Below are positions 25,521 through 32,000 of a stretch of 32,000 nt of DNA, one piece after another. The notes below the pieces were generated by a model, which worked only from the letters and a program-made list of their open reading frames with translations, had not been told where the DNA came from and made no database searches. The DNA comes from Mucisphaera calidilacus (GTDB taxonomy: Bacteria; Planctomycetota; Phycisphaerae; Phycisphaerales; Phycisphaeraceae): the NCBI RefSeq assembly GCF_007748075.1, contig NZ_CP036280.1, positions 2,910,001-2,942,000 of the forward strand, given 5' to 3'. The position numbers and the translations under genes are program-made. Numbering within the stretch: position 1 is the first letter of the stretch; each line of letters begins with the position of its first letter.

Positions 25521-27730
25521 ATGAAGTCCAGAAACCGCAGCCATATCAACCCGCTACTGCCATCACTATGCCTTGCGACTGCAGCAATGACGATGGCACT
25601 TACGCCACAGCGCGCAACTGCCACCGATCTTATCCTTGGAGATATTCCTCCGTTCGAGACTCTAATGTTGTTTGGGGGATTGGATTATTCCTACAACAAT
25701 GGCGTCATAGGCGAATCGTACTTCGCGGCACTATTCGTATCGGGAGACAATACAAGTGCATCATTCGCAGGTAATTTTGAAGTAGGAGTACATGAGTCGG
25801 GATTGGTACTTGTCGATGACGGGGCAGTCCTGCGACTAGCATCGGGAATGGCGATTGGAGCCGATGTATCGGGGTATACGAGCAGAGCATCCGCTTCGGG
25901 CAGCGGCACAAAGTTTGTGGTAGCGATTGGCGAGACGTACGTCGGCAAGAATGCAGGCGGCAAGCTGGCCATCGAGGACCACGTCGCAATGCACGCACGA
26001 AATCTCTATATCGGTCACGCCAGCGGCAGTCACGGAGAAATGGTAGTCAAGTCATCAGCTACAGTATCCGCAGTTGGCACCAATAATAATTATATCTACG
26101 CGGCTCCTCCGGCACGGGAGAACTGACCGTCAATTCGGGTGCCTCGCTGATCGCAACACGCTTATATGTCGGGGATAAGGCGACCGGCGATGGTGAAGCC
26201 ACCGTATCGGGCTAGAATTCGTCAATCACCGTGGAAGGCTTCACAAGAGTCGGTGTTCAAGGCAATGCGAAGCTCTCAATCCTCGACGGCGCTACCGTTA
26301 TCAATGAATCAATTATGCATGATATCGTTGTTGGATCAGGGCCAGGTTCGAACGGCGTTGTCGTTGTATCGGGCAGTGTATATGACCCGAGCACTGGCGG
26401 ATACGCGGATTCAACTCTGGCCAGCAATCGCCATATCTATCTTGGTACCAGCAGTTCCACCGCACACATGTCGGTAGAAAACGGAGCCAATGTCTCCGCA
26501 TCTCGTCTCTATGTCCGTCCGCAGAGCACGCTCTCAGGTGCGGGCGGCACCGTGCTCGGCAGAACAGAAGTCTCAGGCAAGATCGATCCGGGTGCCTATG
26601 CCATCGAGGATGATGCCGTTGTAAGCACGACGGGCGAATTGAGTATCGCAGGTGACTGCATCATGGAAGCCGGCAGCGCTTTGCGTATCGATATCGCTTC
26701 CTCAGGCACCGATAGCATCAACGTAACCCCGAAAGCCAGCATGTCTGGGGACCTCACACTATCTAAGAGTAATCCCATTCTGGATATTAACTTCCCCAAC
26801 CAGTACGTGCCCGCCCCGGGGCAGAAATACGAGGTTGCCAGTTATACAGGCGATCTCACAGGCGTCTTCTCCAATGCACCGCTTCCCGGCGTCCCGATCG
26901 ACACGACGCACAATAATGAAATCGCCTTGATGATCGAGTACGACACGGACAACAAAGATATTAATCTGACCACACACTACATCGGCGACGCCAACATGGA
27001 TAACGCCGTGAACCTGCTTGACCTCTCAACGCTGGCAAGCAACTTTGATACGACCCCCGCTACATGGTCGATGGGCAACTTCAATACGGACAATACAGTC
27101 GATCTACTCGACCTCAGTGCTCTGGCCACGAACTTCGGTAAAGGCCAGACATCCCAATCACAGGCACCTGAGTCCTTCTCCTCCATCGGCTCGCCCGCGA
27201 CACTCAGCCTTGATGGCGACCTCACCGTCTCCGACGACGGCGGCATCACCACACCCGACCTCACCGGATACACCACCTACACACTCACCGCCGCCGCACT
27301 CACCGACAGCATCGACGCTCTCGAAATCCTGATCGAATCCGATGACCTGAATCAGGAATATCTCGGCTACACCATCTTCTCCAACAACAACGTCTTCTTG
27401 CAGCAAGCCGGCATCAACCCCTTACGTGACTCACAACTGCTCTTCGCCGAAGGCCTGTTGTCCGTCCAGGCCGATGAATCAGACACACTGCTGACTGCCG
27501 CCTTCGCCGGCTTCACACCCTTCACTACACGCGACATCGCCCAGATCGTCATCCCCGACGACGCCACCGCGACTTACGAGATCCAGGCCGTCATCGACGA
27601 CGAACTCTACATCGTCACCGGCACCCTCGGCACAGCAGCACCCCTGACTCTCATCCCCATCCCCGAACCCTCCTCACTCGCGGTTCTCGCCCTCACCGGC
27701 CTAGCCCTCGTCCGTCGTCGCGCCGCCTGA
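25521..27730 (+). pseudogene. disrupted adhesin-like protein gene (beta-helix repeats + dockerin-like repeats + PEP-CTERM)
   Basis: Frame 0 (25521-26126) and frame 2 (26090-27730) together encode one continuous repeat pattern: ...SSATVSAVGTNNNYIYA/GSSGTGELTVNSGASLIATRLYVGDKATGDGEATVSG*NSSITVEGFTRVGVQGNAKLSILDGATV. This needs a 1-nt frameshift near 26099-26102 and contains an in-frame TAG at 26213-26215. The 3' part encodes GDANMDNAVNLLDLSTLASNF, GNFNTDNTVDLLDLSALATNF and IPIPEPSSLAVLALTGLALVRRRAA. Confidence 0.65.
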
Positions 27731-27761
27731 CAGCACCCACACCACCAAGACTGACCCCGCC

Positions 27762-27788
27762 GGGCCGCCTCCAAAGGCGGCCCTTTTT
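27762..27788 (+). terminator. Rho-independent terminator
   Basis: GGGCCGCC-TCCAAA-GGCGGCCC is an 8-bp all-Watson-Crick GC stem. TTTTT follows, 32 nt after the stop at 27730. Confidence 0.7.
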
Positions 27789-27904
27789 CATGCCTCAACG
27801 CTGCCATCATCACTCCATCCCAAAACCGATACTTTCTTTCACCCCCACCCCCTGATTCCGGGGGTCGCGCGCACAAGGACGGTAATTGTGCGCACGTCGT
27901 GACC

Positions 27905-27995
27905 AAAAACAGGCCCTTTTTGGACCAAAACGCTCCAAAACGGACGAAAACGAACCCAAAACGCTCGAAAACGACCCGAAACGAACCCGAAAAAG
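27905..27995. repeat. helically phased A-tract / degenerate 10-11-bp tandem repeat (C[CG]AAAACGnn)
   Basis: A-tracts start at 27905, 27927, 27937, 27947, 27958, 27968, 27979 and 27990. Spacings from 27927 onward are 10, 10, 11, 10, 11 and 11 nt. AAAACG recurs five times, plus AAACG and AAAAAG. Confidence 0.75.
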
Positions 27996-28186
27996 TGTAA
28001 ATTCCTGCAAAGTCGTCAGACTGTGCGCGCCTCGCCCCTCAAACCACACCCCCACCGACGAACTCCCGCCACCCAACACCCACCCCGTGCCCCGTCCGGT
28101 AAGCACGGCCTGTTCAACGCACCCGAACACCACCAAGCCAACCCTAACCCCTTAACTCCGTTATAGGGCGGCTTTTGCAACCGCAC

Positions 28187-28224
28187 TTGACGTTCGGTTT
28201 GGATTTGGGTAACGTATACCGAAC
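28187..28224 (+). promoter_or_regulatory. candidate promoter (TTGACG-N17-TAACGT) overlapped by inverted repeat GTTCGGT-N19-ACCGAAC
   Basis: TTGACG at 28187-28192 and TAACGT at 28210-28215. The inverted-repeat arms are 28192-28198 and 28218-28224. The site is about 120 nt upstream of the ORF that precedes lexA. Confidence 0.3.
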
Positions 28225-28343
28225 AGATTGGCCGATAGAAGTTCAAGACCCGTTACACCCCGCGACGAAAAGAGACTCAGCAACAGCCGGATACCCCAAC
28301 ATATTGGGATCAACCCCCCGGCAAACGCTAGATGGGATAACAC

Positions 28344-28937
28344 ATGACCTCACCCGTACTCATGCTCGGACCCGGCGGCGACTACACCACCGCCTACGAA
28401 GCCCGCCCGGGCGGCCGTCTCGCACGCTCCCAGGCCAACGCCGACGCCAATCAGGGCGACAGCCAGCAACCCGGCTACCAGAGACAGCCCAAACGCCAGC
28501 CACACGACCGCTTCGAGCCTTCTAACCAACTGATCAACAAGCGATTAGCGCATGCCGCGCACCAGCCCGACTTCGAGGAGATCACCCTCCTCGCCGCCGC
28601 CTCGGCATGGCTCACCGAACAGATGAACCGCGTCGCCGAGTCCAGCGCCCTGCTCCAACGCCTCCGCGGCCTGCTCGCTCACGACAGCCTCACCCATCAC
28701 ACCCGTTCCCTGACCGTGATCCCGGAGATCGATCATGAATCTTACGCCCAAGCAGCTACACATCCTCAGTCGTATCAGAGACATACGTCTGGCACGCGGC
28801 TATTCGCCGACGATGCAGGAACTCGCCGACGAGCTCGGCGTCTCCAAGGTCACCGTTTTCGAGCACGTCGAAGCGCTCATCAAGAAGGGGGCCTTGAGGC
28901 GGCAGCCGAACAAGGCGCGCTCTTTGGAGCTGTGTGA
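28344..28937 (+). CDS. hypothetical protein upstream of and overlapping lexA
   Basis: The 197-aa ORF shows strong C-ending codon bias only from 28344 to about 28735. The last 203 nt overlap lexA in another frame and lack that bias. No family recognised, and the true 3' end is uncertain. Confidence 0.45.
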   Translation: MTSPVLMLGPGGDYTTAYEARPGGRLARSQANADANQGDSQQPGYQRQPKRQPHDRFEPSNQLINKRLAHAAHQPDFEEITLLAAASAWLTEQMNRVAESSALLQRLRGLLAHDSLTHHTRSLTVIPEIDHESYAQAATHPQSYQRHTSGTRLFADDAGTRRRARRLQGHRFRARRSAHQEGGLEAAAEQGALFGAV

Positions 28938-29355
28938 GGAAGTCGACCTGCCCGACGAGACGACCGGCCTCAAGCTCCCGCTGGTCGGCACGATCGCCGC
29001 CGGCTCGCCCATCGAGGCGGTCGAGCAACGCGAGCATCTCGATCTGGAGTCGATGTTTACGCCTCCCGGCTCCGCGGGCAACACCTTTGTCCTGCAGGTG
29101 CGTGGCGACTCGATGATCGACGAGCACATCGCCGAGGGCGACTACGTCATCTGCGAGAAGCGCAACGCGGCGCGGTCGGGCCAGACCGTCGTGGCGCTGC
29201 TCGACTCGGGCGAAGCGACGCTCAAGAAGCTCTACCACGAGTCGGGCAACAAGATCCGGCTGCAGCCCGCGAACGACAAGTACGAGCCGATCATCGTCGA
29301 GGCGGGGCGGGTGCAGATCCAGGGGGTCGCCATCGGCGTCGTGCGGTCTTACTGA
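28735..29355 (+). CDS. lexA: LexA repressor (SOS regulator, S24 peptidase)
   Basis: Winged HTH LTPKQLHILSRIRD..GYSPTMQELADELGVSKVTVFEHVEALIKKGALRR. Ala-Gly cleavage site VGTIAAGSPIEA. Ser/Lys dyad context VRGDSMID and ATLKKL. An in-frame TGA lies 18 nt upstream of the ATG, and GGAG is the RBS. Confidence 0.9.
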   Translation: MNLTPKQLHILSRIRDIRLARGYSPTMQELADELGVSKVTVFEHVEALIKKGALRRQPNKARSLELCEEVDLPDETTGLKLPLVGTIAAGSPIEAVEQREHLDLESMFTPPGSAGNTFVLQVRGDSMIDEHIAEGDYVICEKRNAARSGQTVVALLDSGEATLKKLYHESGNKIRLQPANDKYEPIIVEAGRVQIQGVAIGVVRSY

Positions 29356-29405
29356 GCCGGCCCTGTTGAAACGCCGGGGGCGGGGTTCATTTATGATGCA
29401 GGGCT

Positions 29406-30413
29406 ATGGAAGACAGGCCGATCGGTTTGCTGGCGGGGGGCGGGCGGCTGCCCATCATCGAGGCGGAGGGGATCCGCGCGATGGGGCGGAAGGTGGCCTG
29501 CGTGGGGTTTACGGGGCAGTATGACCCGGCGTTGCCTGAGCTGTGCGATTACTTCGAGACGGCAGGGATCGTTCGGATCAACCGGTGGCTGAAGCTGATG
29601 AAGCGGTGGGACGTGGAGCAGGCGGTCATGGTGGGGTACGTGCGTAAGACGCGTATGTATCAGCCGTTGCGGATCGTCCAGAACCTGCCGGACAGCAGGG
29701 CGATCCGTCTCTGGTATCGTGTGTTGCGTAATGACAAGCGTTCGCAGCTGATGCTGCGGGTGCTGGCGGACGAGTTGCACGATAACGGAGTCGACCTGAT
29801 CGACACCACAGCCTTCATCAAGCGTCATATTGCCGAACTGGGCGTGATGACCAGGACCCAGCCGACCGCGGAGCAGCAGGCGGATATTGATTTCGCTGCG
29901 CCGATTCTGGCGCGGATGAACGATCTGGATATCGGTCAGGCGTTGGCGATCAAGGAGCGTGACGTGATCGCGGTGGAGGCGATCGAGGGCACGGACCGGA
30001 TGATCAAGCGGGCGGGGATCCTGTGCAAGGCGGGCGGGTGGACGCTGATCAAGGGGACGAAGCCGACGAAGGACCTGCGGTTCGACGTCCCGACGGTGGG
30101 GGTCTCGACGATCAACAACATGAAGTCTTCGAAGGCGGCGTGCCTGGTGATCACGGCGGGGAACGTGATCATGATCGACAAGGAGGACGTGCTGGCGGCG
30201 GCGGACGCGGCGGGGATCTGCATTGTGGGGATCGAGCCGGTGGAGGGGACGGAGCTGCCGATGGAGACGCTGGCGAAGTACGCCGAGTCGATGGACGAGC
30301 CGATCGAGGCGTTGCAGGGGAGTCTGGTGAAGCCTGTGGGGGAGGAGGCTGATGCCGAGGCCGAGGAGGGGGAGCGTTTTGAGTCAGGCGGATCGGCGCC
30401 GGCTCAGGGGTAG
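29406..30413 (+). CDS. lpxI: UDP-2,3-diacylglucosamine diphosphatase LpxI (DUF1009) with an acidic C-terminal tail
   Basis: IGLLAGGGRLP at the N-terminus. LDIGQALAIKERDVIAVEAIEGTDRMIKRAG and RFDVPTVGVSTI parallel Caulobacter LpxI. Codons are G-ending. Confidence 0.85.
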   Translation: MEDRPIGLLAGGGRLPIIEAEGIRAMGRKVACVGFTGQYDPALPELCDYFETAGIVRINRWLKLMKRWDVEQAVMVGYVRKTRMYQPLRIVQNLPDSRAIRLWYRVLRNDKRSQLMLRVLADELHDNGVDLIDTTAFIKRHIAELGVMTRTQPTAEQQADIDFAAPILARMNDLDIGQALAIKERDVIAVEAIEGTDRMIKRAGILCKAGGWTLIKGTKPTKDLRFDVPTVGVSTINNMKSSKAACLVITAGNVIMIDKEDVLAAADAAGICIVGIEPVEGTELPMETLAKYAESMDEPIEALQGSLVKPVGEEADAEAEEGERFESGGSAPAQG

Positions 30414-32000
30414 GAGCGTCAGGAGTATCGTGACCGCGGCGGGTTCGGGGATGGCGGTGTTGCCGAAGTGGCTGGCGAGGATGGAGAGGTCGAGGAGGTC
30501 GACGGTGTTGTCGCCGTTGAAGTCGCCCTGGGTGAAGCCAAAGACTCCGGGCAGGCCGAAGTTGGCGGCAAGGATGGAGAGGTCGTTCATGTCGACGCTG
30601 CCGTCGAGGTTGGCGTCGGCTGGGAGGAGGGTTGCGCTGAAATAGGTGACTTCGCCTGTGGCCATCAGGCTGGAGGTGTCGAAGGTGCCGGGTCCGTTGT
30701 AGAGGATGGTGTCGAAGGCTCCGGTGATGTCGGCGTTGGTCCAGTCGAAGAGCTGGTAGGTGGTGATCTGGAGACTTTGCAGGTCGAGGCCATCGTCGAA
30801 TTCGAGGAGGAGGGTTCCGGCGAGGGCGACGGGGGTGTCGGGGTCGGCGAACTGGATGATGGAGCCCCACTGGTTGTCTTCGAAGACGAGGCGGAGGGTG
30901 GCGGCGGGGTCGATGGTGAGTTCCTGCTCGATGGTGATGGGGATGGCGGGTTCGGATTCATCCAGGGGGTTGTCGTCCCAGATGCGTAGGGTTTCGCTGC
31001 TTTGCAGGATCAGGCCTTTGACGCGGCCATCGGGGTGGATGGCGTTGCGGACGCCGGCCAGGCGTTGACTCATCCTGTTTCCTGATGTCCTGTCTATGTA
31101 GTAATGACTTCTGCGCAGATCCGAAGCCGTGAAGTCGGTGTTATGCAGGTTTGCATGGTTAAATACGACTGACTGCAGGTTTAGATTGCTCAGGTCCCAG
31201 TCGGTCAGGTCGTTGTAGCCCAAGTCGATCCCGGCGAGATTTTTGTTCTTGTAGCTGGCGGTGCTGTAGAGCTGGCCTGCGGTGAATCCGGAATCGGTGG
31301 TTCTATAGAAGTCCGCTCCGGTGATGAGGGCGTCGGACAGGTCGGTGTTGGTGAGGTTGGCGTAGTCGAGATTCGCGTCGGTGAGGTTGGCGTTGTTCAG
31401 GTCGGTGTTGGTGAGGTTGGCGTAGTCCAAATCTGTGTCGGTGAGGTTCTGGCCGGCGAGGTTCCATCCGGTCAGGTCGTTGGAGTACAATTTGATCCCG
31501 GTGAGGTTCTTGTTCTTGTAGCTGGCGGTGCTGTAGAGCTGGGTGGCGGTGAATCCGGAATCGGTGGTTGAGCCGAAATTTGCCTCGGTGATGATGGCGT
31601 CGGACAGGTCGGTGTTGGTGAGGGTGGCGTTGTATAAATATGCGTCGGTGAGGTTGGCGTTGTTCAGGTCGGTGTTGGTGAGGTTCTGGCCGGCGAGGTT
31701 CCATCCGGTCAAGTCGTTGTAGCCCAAGTCGATCCCGGTGAGGTTCTTGTTCTTGTAGCTGGCGGTGCTGTAGAGCTGGGCTGCGGTGAAACCGGAATCG
31801 GTGGTTCTATAGAAGTCCGCTCCGGTGATGAGGGCGTCGGACAGGTCGGTGTTGGCCAGGTTGGCGAGGCCGAAGTAGGCGTCGGTCAGGTTCTGGCCGG
31901 CGAGGTTCCAGGCCGTGAGATCGTTGTACCGCAAGTCGATCCCGGCGAGATTTTTGTTCTTGTAGCTGGCGGTGCTGTAGAGCTGGCCTGCGGTGAATCC
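30384..32000 (-). CDS. pentapeptide-repeat surface protein with dockerin-like repeats and PEP-CTERM anchor (N-terminus beyond the right edge)
   Basis: The frame is open to position 32000; the track M at 31934 is a TTG inside repeat ...GIDLRYNDL. Modules are repeated: ADFYRTTDSGFTA.QLYSTASYKNKNL.GIDLGYNDLTGWNLAGQNLT.TDL. The C-terminus has DANLDGSVDMNDLSILAANF, GDFNGDNTVDLLDLSILASHF and IPEPAAVTILLTLLPLSRRRSA. Confidence 0.8.
   Translation of the reverse strand, partial: GFTAGQLYSTASYKNKNLAGIDLRYNDLTAWNLAGQNLTDAYFGLANLANTDLSDALITGADFYRTTDSGFTAAQLYSTASYKNKNLTGIDLGYNDLTGWNLAGQNLTNTDLNNANLTDAYLYNATLTNTDLSDAIITEANFGSTTDSGFTATQLYSTASYKNKNLTGIKLYSNDLTGWNLAGQNLTDTDLDYANLTNTDLNNANLTDANLDYANLTNTDLSDALITGADFYRTTDSGFTAGQLYSTASYKNKNLAGIDLGYNDLTDWDLSNLNLQSVVFNHANLHNTDFTASDLRRSHYYIDRTSGNRMSQRLAGVRNAIHPDGRVKGLILQSSETLRIWDDNPLDESEPAIPITIEQELTIDPAATLRLVFEDNQWGSIIQFADPDTPVALAGTLLLEFDDGLDLQSLQITTYQLFDWTNADITGAFDTILYNGPGTFDTSSLMATGEVTYFSATLLPADANLDGSVDMNDLSILAANFGLPGVFGFTQGDFNGDNTVDLLDLSILASHFGNTAIPEPAAVTILLTLLPLSRRRSA

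Noticed and set aside
26213-26215. In-frame TAGs at 26213 and 20616 as evidence of amber recoding or readthrough
   Set aside because: TAG is used as the ordinary stop of several well-supported genes here: 2663-3172, 12032-13024, 15704-16744, 24578-25405 and lpxI. Nonsense mutation, or a plain gene boundary, is the simpler explanation.
27869-27893. dif-like XerC/D site, because GTGCGCA is shared with the E. coli dif XerC arm
   Set aside because: The arms are 8 bp separated by 9 nt rather than 11-6-11. There is no ATAA-N6-TTATG core. The skew sign at the nearby flip also fits an origin rather than a terminus.
27886-28155. 89-aa ORF (and the antisense 27810-28136 ORF) across the A-tract region
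   Set aside because: The Lys/Glu/Asn-rich peptide is merely the translation of the AAAACG repeats. There is no codon bias and no RBS.
28238-28262. GTTCAAGACCC resembling a tRNA T-arm, suggesting a possible tRNA or tmRNA
   Set aside because: The flanking bases cannot form the T-stem, and no acceptor or anticodon arms can be drawn.

Overview
High-GC bacterial chromosomal segment. PEP-CTERM anchors, dockerin-like Ca-binding repeats, an N-terminal LExRxLL motif and a TQWTLI-type ECF sigma factor suggest Planctomycetota (Phycisphaerae-like); this is inference from motif recall, since no search was possible. From 0.6 to 17.8 kb the genes look core-like: btaA-btaB (betaine-lipid DGTS synthesis), an ECF sigma operon, an AsmA-like envelope protein, an NlpC/P60 lipoprotein, a TrmH methyltransferase, a glycogen-synthase-like glycosyltransferase, a MarR unit with a perfect 18-bp palindrome, an HhH-GPD glycosylase, a fatty-acid desaturase, malQ, and a divergent DUF1611 (DgcN-like)/D-amino-acid aminotransferase pair. 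From 17.8 to 27.7 kb lies an accessory-looking cluster of secreted surface proteins (CARDB-like repeats, PEP-CTERM, dockerin-like modules). It shows gene decay: paralogue relics, one gene with a frameshift plus an in-frame TAG, two ORFs separated only by a TAG, a low-GC patch and a REP-like hairpin array. From 27.7 to 32 kb there is a 613-bp gene-free region with a helically phased A-tract array, an unknown ORF overlapping lexA, lpxI, and a pentapeptide-repeat/dockerin/PEP-CTERM protein that runs off the right edge. The strongest signal is compositional. Codon third positions follow the DNA strand rather than the gene, and this polarity flips across lexA (about 28.75-29.35 kb), the pattern expected at a replication origin, or alternatively an inversion or assembly junction. 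I saw no rRNA, tRNA, CRISPR, transposase or recognisable defence genes. All functional calls rest on remembered family motifs and need homology searches.
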